From: Octopus sinensis
Lineage: Eukaryota
Length of the DNA: 64,000 nt
Assembly: GCF_006345805.1 (NCBI RefSeq)
Contig: NC_043002.1
Location: forward strand, 27,466,001 to 27,530,000
Reading direction: 5' to 3'
The notes under the pieces are model-generated. The model was not told where the DNA came from. It ran no database searches and worked only from the letters and a program-made list of their open reading frames with translations. Below, piece by piece: positions 1 through 13,249 of this stretch (position 1 is its first letter; every line of letters starts with the position of its first letter). Both the position numbers and the translations under genes were made by a program.

Positions 1-169
1 AGCAGAACCAGTTTGTAAAGTTTCCGCTTGAGAACCAAACTAAAGTTTCCTTTATAGTACAATATTTAAAGGTATGATAATTTTATCAGTCGTGTGATGT
101 AGAGATATTATTGATATATAATAAATAGAACACGTCGGATACCACGTGGAGAATGTAAGCCTGATAATG

Positions 170-2560
170 GGCATCAAAAATGGTTAACCAAATAGAAATG
201 AAAAGAATGCAGATTTAACGATATATATGAAGGCATTTAAACGAGTTACACATTGCGCAGCTATTTCCAGCAGAATATACAGAAGTCTGATATGCAATAT
301 ATCTTAATCGGTTACGATTGTGTTTCTAACTAACGATTACAATGGGGAGCTGGAAAAATACTATCAAGAGCAGAAGAAAAACTATTGACGGAAAAAAATA
401 AAGACATTCAAAAAAGACTGGAATATATGGATTGATTTAGATGCCCATTATACTTGAAAGGAACAGTTTGTAATTATAGCTGGGGACAAATAAACAATGG
501 GGGAATAAGGTTATCAGAATTTTCGAAGCAGCACTAATTGTAGCAGGGATAATAGATCAGCACAAATCTCAAATCGTGCAGAATATTATCATGCCTTTCG
601 CCTGGAAGCTTATGTAATAACAGGATCAATGTTACTTTCATCTCGAAAATATCTCTAAAACACACATTTTTTCCCATGTAAAAGCAGTAATCTCATGCTT
701 TTAATAATGGCAACGAAATTTACCGGAATAAGCGGAAACTAAACATCCAAGAATAAAATATGAACTTGAAAAAGTTGAATAGAACGGTAGAATTTAAGGC
801 TCAAATTAGAAGAAATTAGCATTTTTATTATCAATTGATGCATATGCTCAAGAATTGATAGTAGCAATTGGAAAAATAATTAAAACAGAATCCGATAGAA
901 ATTGAGAAAAAAAGAAAGGTAAGTATCAAATAAAGACGTTAACAGTTGTGATAAAAGAACACACTTAAACTAGAAATAATATGAGAATGAAACACGTGGA
1001 AGTAAATATCAATTGGCCAACATAAGAAATGAAATTAAGGCAAAGAAGAAGATAGTTGGGTCCATGAATCACATGAAAAAATGGTAAGTAACAGGGAAAA
1101 TAATAAAGAAAGCAATCAAAGGGGACAAAGTATGGACAGTTATAGTTCCAGTTATAGAAGATAAATACGGAAACATGTCAGCCAAAACAAATGAAGTAAC
1201 TGTTAAATGGTAAGACAACTACGAGGAAATTTACGACAGAGTGGATTATGGTATTAACGAGATAGAATAATCAAGAAAGGAAATTCTCTTTAACATACAG
1301 CATGAGACAGAAAGAGTTTCAGAAGAATGCGGAAACTAAAATGTAATAAATCACAATGGAACAGCATAACAAATATTCAGAACTGTTAAATCAGGGAAAT
1401 GATTATGTCCGTGCGATCCTATGCCAAATGTGCAAAACTGTTTTACATTTCCTGAGTAAACGGACAGAGTAAATTGTTATATCATTGTCTTCAAAGAAAA
1501 GAAATATGATGGAGTGTGAAAACCATTGCACAATTAGATTAGTTTTCTATTCAAGCAAAGTCATGGTATTTATTTTCCTTAATGAAGCCAGCAATAAAAA
1601 TCTTACAGTTCTATATTTAAGAGATGAGGAATTATGTACATTATTTACATTTGACAGATATTAGTCCTCATCTTGTTTGTTGTTAACACAAAGTTTTGGC
1701 TGATATACCATCCAGCTTTCATCAGGTGTAATTTTTTAGATGCATAATATTTTGCAAATTCAGAAAGTTAGACATGGCGTGGGCCAATACTGGCCAAAAC
1801 CTTTCTAAGTTATTCTAAGTTAACTGTCTATCAAACAAATGTGAGCCCTTTTCTCAATACTTTTCGATGGATTCTAGAATGCATAATAAAGGAAGTTCTG
1901 AAGATTTTCCAAGAAAGATTTCGTGTCATGTGTAGAGAAGATGGTAATCTACGATTTCTTGGGATTATTGACTGAATAGGACAAAATGAAGAGAACTTAG
2001 AGGCCTAACATGACTAAATAAAACTACAGTCGAACATCTAAGAAATATAAATACAAAAATGTTAAAATAAAAATCATAGACAAATAGTCAACTCAATTTA
2101 ATAGCAGGCAAATATAGTCTGGCAGAATAATAACACAAAAGGTGAGATCAAAGAAAGAATTAAAATACTAACCTATCGAACTTCAGCTACTAAAGTGGTG
2201 TTCTCAATATTAAACTTCGAAATTAAACAAAACATGACGTAAATTCAAAAGCAGTGAAAATTCCTTTTAAATAAAAGTTGTAATTTCGTCTGAAGTTTAT
2301 TGCTGTGAAAAAAGTAATGTTGGATTTTAAAAGAAAAGCTTCATGATGTTTGAGAGGAAATATTATACAGAGCGAGGTGTCTTGTCTTCATCGAACTAAC
2401 AGAAGGCTAATGAAACAAGTTGTTAAGAAACCTACGAACATCATAACACTTCTGACAATAGTAAAAACGCGAAAATAGAAGTAGGTTGATGTAAACATTG
2501 TCTATGACATCCTCATTTAATACTATGGTTATTCTAGAATGAAACACAGTAAGGGTTTTT
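170..2560 (+). mobile_element. Highly decayed RTE-clade LINE (APE endonuclease + RT), interrupted at about 1610-1730
   Basis: Manual translation across stops and frameshifts gives RTE-like blocks in the correct order: EN (..GTVCNYSWGQINNGGIRLSEF.., ~460-520), linker (IEDKYGNMSAKTNEVTVKW*DNYEEIYD, ~1155-1240), RT (..MMECENHCTIRL.., ~1505-1540; VRHG ~1765; NLRF ~1947). Confidence 0.7.
1686..1729 (-). ncRNA. Decayed minimal type-I hammerhead ribozyme motif (PLE-type)
   Basis: Minus strand: ACAC CTGATGA A AGCTG gatggtatat CAGCC AAAAC TT T GTGT. Stem I is ACAC/GTGT, CUGAUGA is intact, stem II is GCTG/CAGC. GAAA and ACGT each differ by one substitution. Confidence 0.55.
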
Positions 2561-3164
2561 TTTAAAAAACTCGCAGATGAGGTGGTTAAATAATATCAAA
2601 GCACATATGTGCAAGAAAGTCATGGGGAAAATGGGGTGAGTAATGATCACGAAACACTGAGGGAGGTACATTTCTTGTTACGCACCCATAGCATCCGAAA
2701 TTTAAGGATACACTCACACACACACGCACGCACACACACACAAGCATATATGTATGCATGCTTGTATGTAGTATAATATAGACTCAATATCTGAAGAAAA
2801 GGAAACTTTTTCTATATTCATGATCAATCAAGAATAAAACTGGGACTGGACCACAAAGAAGAGAAAACATACCAACAGGAAGTTGATTCCATTTTTTTGA
2901 TGTCACTAAATTCTTTATATCGGCTGCTACCGATATACTGGTATATAAATACATCTGCAGACGGATAAACACACAGCAACGTATACGCAAACACACTTTT
3001 AACCAGAGATGCATAGAGAGAAACAGATACGCACTAAAAATATATAACAAATATAGAAAGGTACGTATATCGGAACAGATTTGTATATAATACAGAAACA
3101 TAAACACACATATATGCATACACAAATTCGTACATTAATATGTACACATACACACATAATATTC

Positions 3165-3344
3165 GTTTCAAATTTTGGTTCAACGCCAACAAGATCTGGA
3201 GAAAGGATCCGTCGATTAAATCGACTCCAGCGTTTAACTGGTACTTATTTTATCGACCCTGAAAATATGAAAGCAGAGTCGATACTTAAAGAGGCGAAAT
3301 ACAGCTTAACATACTGCCCAATGTGCCAACGATTCTGCCAGCTC
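3165..3344 (-). mobile_element. SINE family 1 (head gagctggcagaatcgttag.., body ..ggtcgataaaataagtaccag..), degenerate
   Basis: Colinear similarity to copies at 29667-29875, 37511-37703 and 37725-37900. Confidence 0.7.
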
Positions 3345-3402
3345 ATCGCATTAAATCAAAAGAAATATCGATGAATACTATATCTATCGCTATATATATA
3401 TC

Positions 3403-3700
3403 GCGTGATCACGTGACCGACCAGGCTTTCAGATGTTGCTACACATCGCTGGTCACAATGCGCTTCGCATTGTTTTAGCCTTCAAATGACGTCACCCCGC
3501 TGGCAAAGCAAGCAGGCCAACAGAAGAAAGAGTGAGAGAAAGTCGTGGCGAAAGAGTACAGCAGGGATCGCCACCACCCTCTGCCGGAGCTTTAGGTGTT
3601 TTCGCTCAATAAACACTCACAACGCTCCCGGTCCGGGAATCGAAACCGCGGTCTTACAACCGCGCGTCCGCTCCCCTGACCTCTGGTCCATTGCGTCTAC
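3403..3700 (-). mobile_element. tRNA-headed SINE family 2
   Basis: Minus strand begins with a tRNA-like head (gtagacgcaatgg..ggtttcgattccc B-box). The body is highly similar to 7488-7718 (+). Confidence 0.75.
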
Positions 3701-3739
3701 ACATATATATGTGTGTGTATATATATATATATATATTAC

Positions 3740-3794
<55 letters not shown>

Positions 3795-3796
<2 letters not shown>

Positions 3797-4010
3797 CGCC
3801 ATGTTGATTCGTTAGCTACTGCAAGCATTTTTTTTTTCTCTCCTTCTTTCTGTGTTTTTCTCTCTCTGTGTATCTTTCTGTTGAAGAGCGTAGGCTCGAA
3901 ACGTTAAAGACTTGTTTTATTATATTTCCTGAGCGCCATACCAATACAATTGTTCGTTTGTCTTCCACCTGCCTTCGTCTTTTGTTTATTTTCATAAAGC
4001 TTCCCGTTAT
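3795..4010 (+). mobile_element. Hammerhead-bearing mini-element family A, copy 1, flanked by (TA)n on both sides
   Basis: About 215 bp, near-identical to 19686-19891 and 33103-33315 (both in the opposite orientation). Non-coding, with a central HHR-like motif. Confidence 0.8.
3873..3910 (+). ncRNA. Minimal type-I hammerhead-like motif (A6U core variant)
   Basis: TCTTT CTGTTGA A GAGC gtag GCTC GAA AC GT T AAAGA. Stem I is TCTTT/AAAGA, stem II is GAGC/GCTC, stem III is the palindromic ACGT, and the cleavage triplet is GUU. Confidence 0.65.
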
Positions 4011-4026
4011 ATATATATATATATAC

Positions 4027-4147
<121 letters not shown>

Positions 4148-4149
4148 AA

Positions 4150-4473
4150 GACCCCCTTCGGTCATGAATGACCATGGGATTGCACCTAGAAAGTTACCCT
4201 CCTAGACACAAGTCCGGGCAAGGTTGTTTTATGGAAGACCAGCAGTCGCCCATGCATACCAGCCTCCCCTCTCCACGCCACCAGTGTTATCCAAGGGAAA
4301 GACAAAGGTCGATACAGCTTGACACCAGTGACGTCGCAACTCATTTCTACAGCTGAGTGAACTGGAGCAACGTGAAATAAAGTGCTTTGCTCAAGAACAC
4401 AACACGCAGCCCGGTCCGGGATCGAGCTCACAACCTCACGATCGTAAGCTCGACGCTCTAACCACTGAGCCAT
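4150..4473 (-). mobile_element. tRNA-headed SINE family 3
   Basis: Minus strand: atggctcagtggttagagcg (A-box) .. gctcgatccc (B-box-like), then ttcttgagcaaagcactttatttcacgttgctccagttcactcagctg and a unique 3' body. Related degenerate copies lie at 34825 and 40410. Confidence 0.75.
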
Positions 4474-4712
4474 ATATATATATATATATATATTATGGAA
4501 TAAATCCAAACTTACAGGGTAAAATTAGATTTAGGATTAAATCCAATTTTATAGTATAAATATATTATATTAAATTAGAGATAAAACCACTATTAGGCAA
4601 ATAAAACAGTGAAAAACATAAACCAATACATAAAATTAATTTTAAAATATAAAAGTTAAAAATAAAAAATATTTTAATAATTTAAACTTATAAATTTTAT
4701 ATATATATACAA

Positions 4713-4756
<44 letters not shown>

Positions 4757-5671
4757 ATGTATATTTTTATATTTACATATTATTTTATTTATTAATTAAT
4801 TAATTAATTTATTTATTTTTTTTTTTTTTAAATATCAAAAGTATTAAAAGTATAATAAAAGTTTAATAAAAGATAAAGAGTAAAACATATATATATATAT
4901 ATATATATAATATATATATATATATATTATATATATATATATACCTAACAAATAAGTAAAACGAATTTGTTACAAATGACAATGTCAAATTCATGTAATG
5001 TGTACATTACTATGTGCGTATCAAATACACAAGTGAATTGTATATGAGAGGCTCCATCTTAATAGTTCTTCCTTTTTCTCTCTCCATATACTATTCAGTA
5101 AATTGAAATGAATTATTTGAATAAAATAATTTCTTTAAGTAATTTACTAAATCTTGTTTTATTACTTAATACCGAAGACGTACAAACTACTGAAGTAGGT
5201 GGTTCGTAATTCTAAAGAGAGTAGAAAATATTAAGTATAAGATATTTAAAAGAATGCAATATCACAAGTTATTTACATAATGATAATTTGAAAAGTTAAA
5301 AGAGAAAAACAGAATCGAAGTAAATGAAAAGTTGATGGATCAATATTTAAACTAGAGTATTTATCATTTTGATTAAACTTCCATCATACCTGAAACTGTA
5401 TGTCTGTCTTTTCTCGTGCACGTTTACATATTGTTTTGTTTGTGTTTATATTCTTAAGCGTCTGGGCATGTACATGTATACCTAAATATTTTTTGGTATT
5501 CCGGTCTGTGTATGTCTTTAAATCGTTCCTGAAAGTTGGTTTTTTTATACCTACTAACACTTGCACGAAGCATACAAACTTCCAACACTTAGATACCTGG
5601 ATCTCATAATTACATATCTCTCTTCCTCTTTCTCTCTCTCTTCTCTCCTCTCTCTCTCTATATATATACAT

Positions 5672-5732
<61 letters not shown>

Positions 5733-6442
5733 CCTAAATACATAGATATATAGATACATACACAATGTTTGTGTGAGTGTGGGGCGGGTAACTCTGATTG
5801 TATGCACTTATATATATATATTTATTTATTCATTTATATATATACATATGTATATATACACAGACGCAATTCGGAATATAGTGCTATATTTATCATTTGT
5901 TTTAAGTGCATGATTGTAGTAGTGTTTACAACTGCACCCGGTGTAATCTGGTAATTGCCAAGAAAAACGGCGTGAAAATCGCGTGTCAAAGTGTGAAGCA
6001 AAAGAACGAAGATTAATATTACGTGGCACGACTAGTGCGTATTTTTCCCATGCCATGAATCTCAAAGTATAGCAGATTCACTGTTTGGCAAGAATATAAT
6101 GGCCAAAAAATCTAATAACAACATCTGATACAATGTAAATTTAGTATAACGTGATTTTCAGCACAACGCAACAACCTCATTATAGAAAATAACAGACGAA
6201 AGTATTTTACATACAAAAATACAAGCATGAAAATTTGTGTATGAACATGCTTCCATTCGTGACTATGTGTATGAATGTGAACGTGCAAGCAGGCATGTGT
6301 GTATGCATTCGTATGTATGGAGCGATAGATGTGTATGTATGAAAGAAACTTCGCAGATATTTCAGACTAGACACGCTCTGAGTGTCATAAGTAACAAACA
6401 TGCACAGGCGAAATCAAAATATAAAAGAAAAAAAACAAATAT

Positions 6443-6556
6443 GGGTTTGAAAGTTTGGCACAAGGTTAGCAACTTGTGGGGAGGGCTAAATCGAGTACAC
6501 CTATCCCAGAGTTCAATTGTTGCTTCTAATTTTATCGACCCCAAGAGGATGAAACG
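6443..6556 (-). mobile_element. SINE family 1, 3' fragment
   Basis: ..tttggcacaagg..ttttatcgacccc..ggatgaaa.. matches the family 1 body. Confidence 0.6.
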
Positions 6557-6918
6557 CAAATGTATCTATCTATCTAAGTGTGTGTGTGTATATGCATGTA
6601 TGTATGTATGTATGTATGTATATACATAAAAGAGTCAGAAACCATGGTCCAGTAGATAGATGGTAAATGTTTTTATTTTTCATTCCCTTCGAAGTTTATC
6701 CCTAATAGCGGTTTGGATTTCGGCTGTCATTTCTAGCGTGCCAGGAATCCTATGACGGAAACCTTTTATGTGTTGAAATGTACACTGTATTTTTTTATGA
6801 ATAATATATAGTCTATTGACTAATTTTTCTAAACGCTATACCACTGGTAGTAAAAATTTCTAAAATTTTTATTACCCTGATATAATTAATTATGTATGTA
6901 TTTATGAACTTATGTATG

Positions 6919-6949
<31 letters not shown>

Positions 6950-7487
6950 ATATATATGTGTGTGTGTGTATACATAAATATATATACATGTATATATATA
7001 ATATATATATATATATAATATATATATATATAATATATATATGTATATATATGTATGTATGTATGTATGTATATCCATACATCTATACATCCATCCATAC
7101 ATACATACATACATACATACATACATACAGATAAGTTTGAATGGAGCAGACATTTGAACAAATGGCATTCAAATTTTAGCTATCATTTTTTCTTCATATA
7201 GTATATTTAAAATCTCTATACCCAATTAAGTGACAAATGAGAGGGGCTCGGGTGGTATAGAAATAACTCTAGAAAGTCAAATAAATTGATACGTATATCT
7301 CCACAGATACGTATTGCTCTTTAAGCAAATTATAGTGTAAGCATGTGTGTGCGAAATTCAATAGAAAATCCAAATAATCGAAATAATTTATTTCGTTCAG
7401 ATTCAGTACTTTACGAGAACATTGCATCAGCATACTCATCGAAGTAAAGACATTGGAATAATAGAACAACCATATTTATAAATATAC

Positions 7488-7718
7488 CGGGCGTTGTGTT
7501 TGTCTATTGAGCGAAAACACCTAAAGTTCCACGAGGCTCCGGCAGGGGTGGTGGCAACCCCTGTTGTACTCTTTCGCCGCAACTTTCTCTTACTCTTTCT
7601 TCTGTTGGCCTGCCCGCTTAGCTAGCGGGGTGGCGTCATTTGAAGGCTAAAACAATGCGAAACGCATTGTGAGCAGCGATGTGTAGCAACATCTGATAGC
7701 CTGGTCGGTTATGTGATA
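7488..7718 (+). mobile_element. SINE family 2, 5'-truncated
   Basis: Reverse-complement match to 3403-3640 (ttgagcgaaaacacctaaag..gaaggctaaaacaatgcg..gcaacatctga..gcctggtcgg). Confidence 0.75.
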
Positions 7719-8211
7719 TAGTTTCCATTACAAATACTGTAGGGTGTGGCTTTATAGAAATTCAGACCCATTTCCAGCAGGTCGAGAAACCAGGTATTAG
7801 TTTCTGCAACGGTTCATAATTTATATGCACGTGTATTCATGTGTGTTCTAGATAGCAATCGAAATATCGTGACTGATGAGAGAAGCAGTAATATATTTAA
7901 CAAAGATATCCGTGGCTAATTGCAGTAATTTTAGATTGTTCTCCTAATACGGTTCATTATGTAATCTGATAACGTCGTACGACTGAAGAATTTCTGGAGA
8001 GTAATTTGATGAGATGCTACACGAAATTACGTGTTATATCACGCGAAACCTTGTTGTTATATATACACAACTTGGAAATAAGTTTCTTATAAACGTTTTT
8101 GTTATAAACGAGTTTTTTATAAATGATTACATAGCAACGAGTATTTCATAAATATGTATGTAATGAAGGAGCATATATTACAAAAATATTTTATAAAAAA
8201 CATTCACTAAA

Positions 8212-8622
8212 GTGGCTGTGTGATAAGAAGGTTGCTTCCTAACCACATGGGTCCGGGTTCAGTCCCACAGCGTGCCACCTTTGGCAAGTTTCTTCTACTG
8301 TAACCTCGGGCGGAGCTAAGCTTTGTGGGTGGATTTGGTTCACGGAAACTGACAGAATCCCTTTGTTTATACATACATATTTATAGGTATGTTGCTATGT
8401 GTGTGTGTGTGTGTTCGTAAGTCACACCACTTGACAACCGGTGTTCGTGTGTTTACCTCTCCGTAGTTTCGCAGTTCGGCAAAAGGGATCGATAGAAAAA
8501 GTATCAGGCTTTAAAAGAAAAAAAAAAGGGAAAATTGTTGGTGCTGAATCATTCGACTAAAATTGTTCACAGCGATACTCCAGCGTGGCCGCAGTCTAAT
8601 AACTAAAAGAAGTAAAAAAAAT
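8212..8622 (+). mobile_element. SINE family 4 (CORE-like, OR2-like) with internal microsatellite
   Basis: Head ggctgtgtgataagaag..ggttcagtccca, CORE-like cct(t)ggcaagt, internal (TG)n and the conserved tail ..cttgacaaccg..cagcgtggccgcagtc. There are several other copies in the window. Confidence 0.75.
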
Positions 8623-9007
8623 AAACGTTTATCTCACATGTTTGTCTTGTAAATGTTTACCTTATTTACATTTATGTTACCACCTTCATCGCTATTTCCA
8701 CCCATCCTTACATTATGTGGTGGTAGGCATGTGTCTCTTTTTATAGCAAGACACTTGTGTCTGTCCCTCGAGCAGCTTCAGCATCTCGACACATGCCATA
8801 AAGCTAACTTTTTGTGTGCTTTGTCACTCTCTCACTCAATAGAAGGGAGTTTTCTTTTCTTTTTCTTTTTTTTTGTTTTTGTTTTATTTACAAGTTATTT
8901 GGTAACCTCACTGGTGACGGGGCCACGATGTAGGATCTGTAAAACGGTTGGAATTAGGAAAGGCACCCAGCTGCCGAAATAGTGCCGAAACAAAAATTGG
9001 CGGCATT

Positions 9008-9107
9008 AAATGATGATGAGGAGGATGGTGATGATGATGGTGGTGGTGGTGGTGGTGGTGGTGGTGGTGGTGGTGGTGGTGGTGATGATGATGATGATGA
9101 TGATGAT
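9008..9107. repeat. Compound (TGA)n/(TGG)n microsatellite
   Basis: Directly visible. It explains the poly-H/G/V ORFs. Confidence 0.95.
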
Positions 9108-9740
9108 AATGTGGAGGAAGAGGAGGAGACACTGGCTGCTGCTACGTCTGCTGATCATGATGAAAACCAACTACGAACAATTATCTAATGAACGAGTGTC
9201 TTATAAATGAACATCATGCGGACGAGTATATAATAATAGATTCACCGTGATCGATGAGGATTTTCTATGATTAATGAGGTGGGGAGAGAGATAGGAAAGG
9301 ACAGAGAGGGCGAAAGAGGGAGGCTGCATATTTAGCACAGATATACATGGCTAATAATTGTAATTCTCTTAGATTGTTTTCTATTTAAATGCAGGTTCAT
9401 TATGCACCTTGATGAGATATCACAGATTAATTTCAACCGGGGAAGATTGATTGATTGGATGTTACAACACGTAATTTTGTGATGTATCACAGCAGCTTCT
9501 TTTTATTGCCATTAAAGGCAATATGGTGGATTAATGGAGTGAGTGACAGACAAGTATATCTTGTGGTATTTTGTGGGAGCATATCAGTTGTTGAGTTCCA
9601 ATACTACCAAGGTCAATGTGATTTTTGCTATCAAAAGGTCGATAAAATACGAGTAACAGTCAACTACTGGCGGTGTACCAACTTTAGTAATGGATATTTG
9701 TATACACAACGCAGACATGCATCTTTACTTCTTTCAGTCG

Positions 9741-10005
9741 TGTGGCTGTAGGTAAGAAGGGTGGTTCTCAGTCATATGGTTCCTGATTCAGTGCCACTGC
9801 GTGGCACCTTCACGCTATAGCCTCGGGCCGAACAAAGCCTTATGAGCGGATTTGGTAGGCGGAAACAGAAAGAATAACGTCGTATGCATATATGTGTGTT
9901 TGCGTATCTTTGTGCGTGCGTTTGTCCCCACCACCACCACCACTATCGCTTGACAACTGATGTTGGTGTATTTACGTCCCCGTAAATTCGCAGTTTGTGA
10001 CAAAC
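9741..10005 (+). mobile_element. SINE family 4, 3'-truncated
   Basis: ggctgtaggtaagaag..ctgcgtggcacctt..tatagcctcgggccga..atcgcttgacaactgatg. Confidence 0.7.
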
Positions 10006-10135
10006 TGCCAAGGTTGACGCAACAGAATTAGATGCACGAAATCCCACCCATAATTGTCTGTTGCATGATGAGTCGAAACAATCGTCGTACTAGTGCCAAA
10101 TCTATCTTCCGTTGCCTTCATCAATCATCATCATC

Positions 10136-10176
<41 letters not shown>

Positions 10177-10189
10177 CATCATCATTATT

Positions 10190-10568
10190 GTCTTTGCACA
10201 GCTTCTAACGCTGTAGATGTACTACTGTGTCAGCTGTTCACTACCAGTGAACTAACGTAACACCCCTTATTTTTCGCGCACCTTCTGGAGTATTCGAGCG
10301 GTTCCAAGCAGTGCTGTTTTCTGCAAGCGCTCCATCCTTATTGCAGCCCCTATTTGTTCAACGTACTTCTCGAGAATATTGCTCACTGTTCCCAGGGTAC
10401 TACTACTACCTTTTTCATCGATCACAACTGCTTAACTTCCCAAGCTAACCTGTCATATCTCTCGATTTTTCTTTCTTCCTCGTCGCACACCTTGTTGTCA
10501 GCTGGGCATGCTATACCTATGATCCAGCATTGTTTGGTTTCTCAATAAAGACTATGTCCGGCTTCCTA
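10190..10568 (-). mobile_element. RLE-type (R4/Dong-like) LINE 3' fragment, subfamily C
   Basis: Minus translation resembles an RLE C-terminus (..EKIERYDRLAWEVKQLWSMKKVVVV..LEKYVEQIGAAIRMERLQKTALLGTARIL..). It has (ATT)n tracts on both sides, and its 3' UTR matches 32070 and 46241. Confidence 0.75.
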
Positions 10569-10683
<115 letters not shown>

Positions 10684-11617
10684 CATTATATATGTGCTTG
10701 CGTGTGCGTGTGTGAATGTATGTATGTAGCTCATTAGTTTACATTTATCGTTAAATGGAGTGACATTTGTTTCGAAGACATTTGATACTTAGTTCGACCC
10801 ATTCTGCGATCAAGAACTTGCAAATGATCTTTGGCAGATAGAAACTCATCAGAAACACGCTGTACGTATGTGCGTATGTTTTGGCTTAAAAGCAGTGTGT
10901 CGGCAAGATATATTGAAAACATAACTGTCATCGTGTGTAATCATTATTTATCTAAATTTCCCTATTTCCTTTTTGACTTTTATATTTAGCTTGAAACAAA
11001 CGTCTATAAGTTAGGACTTTCTCGACTTCATCATTTGAATGTAATTGAAGTAGCGCTGTCCTCTTTGCACTCTTTGTAATATGTAGCAAAAGATTACTGA
11101 AATAATTTTATCACAAATACAATCGTAACTCCTGGATGTAAAATCTGTTTAACTGCTAACTTCAGGTAAATTTCATGGTTCATGTATACGTTTGCATAAA
11201 TGTGAAGAAATTATATCGCTGTAGTTCGCCATAACTTGAAGGTAAACATTTCCTTTCAAATAGATTTATAATATATTGAGCATGGAACACACTGACGGAG
11301 ATAAAAGAATGAATCCAGGTTTACAAATGTACATATAAAAATAATTAGACGATAAAATCAAAATATAGATACTTGCATTGCTAGTTGAAGCACGTTACTG
11401 GATTCCAGTCTATAAAGTGTATTATCTCACAGTGGGCTATCTAAGATGGAATCGTCGGAAGTGTTGGTATATACAAACATACGTAATACCCATGTTATTT
11501 TTCATAAATATGTAAGTGTGTATGTGTCTGTGTGCGTGTGTGTATTTATTTCAAATCAACACATAAAACTTTCTGTGTTAATGTACACTTGTAAAGAGAG
11601 AAGGTAGACAAACAAGC

Positions 11618-11651
<34 letters not shown>

Positions 11652-12154
11652 TTTATAGAGCAACGTTACTCAATTTACATAGACTAAAAATATAAGAGGG
11701 GAGAGAGCTTCACAAGTCCAACTACTGTTTCTGAGAGCACGGAGTTACCTCGTAATGTTAACAGACCTAGTTCATCAGATATTTTAGTCAGTAAAGGAAG
11801 CAGACACTAATTGGTAAACTTTAGAGCCTCCTTTATCAGAGTAGATACGTAAAAGTCTAACCGAGACTGACGCTCCATACCTTACGAAAACAACCTTTCC
11901 AGTTGATCTGATCGATGGAAATGCTTGCTTCTGAAATTAACGTGGAAGTGGCTGAGCAGACACCCGTACCTTTAACATAGTTCTCAAGGAGATTCATCAC
12001 GTGTATGTGTGTAGGCGCGGTGCGTATTGACAGGATGAGGCTTGTGTGCCACTGTGTAATTATATATATATGTATGTGTGTGCGTCTGCTGTATACGTGT
12101 GGGTGTGTGAGCGCATGTGTGCGTGTATGTATACATGTACGCAGCACATTTGTG

Positions 12155-12191
<37 letters not shown>

Positions 12192-12848
12192 GTCTGAATG
12201 TGTGCCTGTGTGTCGGTGTATGCAGCCACCAGGTGTAAAGACTGGAATCACATCCCCAAGAAATTCTTGTCCACGCCTTCGCGCTTGACTACCGGAGCCA
12301 GCCATCAAAATTCTCCACACGCTGAAGCTTTTCAATGCAATGCCATGGACAACCCCTCCACATACACACTCCATTTACATTAGATTCACTGTATTTCATT
12401 TTTATTTTTATTATTTTTAGCAACTGCTTCTGGAGCACAACTATAAAAGCATACCCCCATCCCTATTTAGATTCTTTGTGTTTTTTTAATATTTTTGTAT
12501 TTCCTTCTTGACCACATCCTCCTCCTTTAACCAAAATGGGTCTCAACTGCTAACAACTCACCACCAGCATATAGCTTGGAGCGAACAGAAAATATAAATC
12601 TGGTAACTTTTGAAGCATGTTACGCCACCTGATGAGAATTACTGCACTGTGCGTTGCATCTGAAGTCAGTACGTCGTCCTACACTCACTAGGGAGTAGTG
12701 CCGAATAAAGCCGAAACGAATGAAGCTTCTAGCTACACCCCACCCCGTCTTCCGTAGAAATGCATGTATGTACAAACATATACAATCATGTGTATGTGTG
12801 CGTGTGTGTGTGTTGCATTGTGTGTGTTGCATTGTGTGTGTGTGTGTA

Positions 12849-12886
<38 letters not shown>

Positions 12887-13249
12887 CACTGTTTGACATA
12901 CATATTTAAATAGAGGGTTCGATATTAAGCAAGCGAAGATCATAAAAGCCATTACGTATCTGATGTAACTCGGCTAGTGGTCAGTAGTCAAAAGAGACAG
13001 AAAGTGATCGTAACTGTAGATGACATGTGTGGATTGAATTCGGGAGGGATGAATATTCCAGCAAGTTGAAGTAGAAGGGAAAATGTAGTGAGTATATTTA
13101 ATAACGCAGTGTTTGAGAGTGGAGCCTACAGAATAGCTGGTTAGAGGGAGGAGATGACGGAGACAGTGTGCAATGCCACAAGTTAATTTTGAATATCAGA
13201 AACCGACGTGGTGGTAGTCTTTAGCGCTACGAGTAAGTTTGTTTTGCAA

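Noticed and set aside
4400-4473. tRNA gene
   Set aside because: A- and B-box-like motifs are present, but there is no closing acceptor stem and the sequence continues into a SINE body.
10064-10082. Hammerhead (ATGATGAGTCGAAAC)
   Set aside because: There is no room for stem II and no stem I.
10734-10931. 65-aa minus-strand ORF as a host exon
   Set aside because: There is no recognisable domain and the acceptor context is weak.
12629-12720. Hammerhead (CTGATGAG ... GCCGAAAC)
   Set aside because: The core halves are about 75 nt apart, with no pairable stem II base or stem I.
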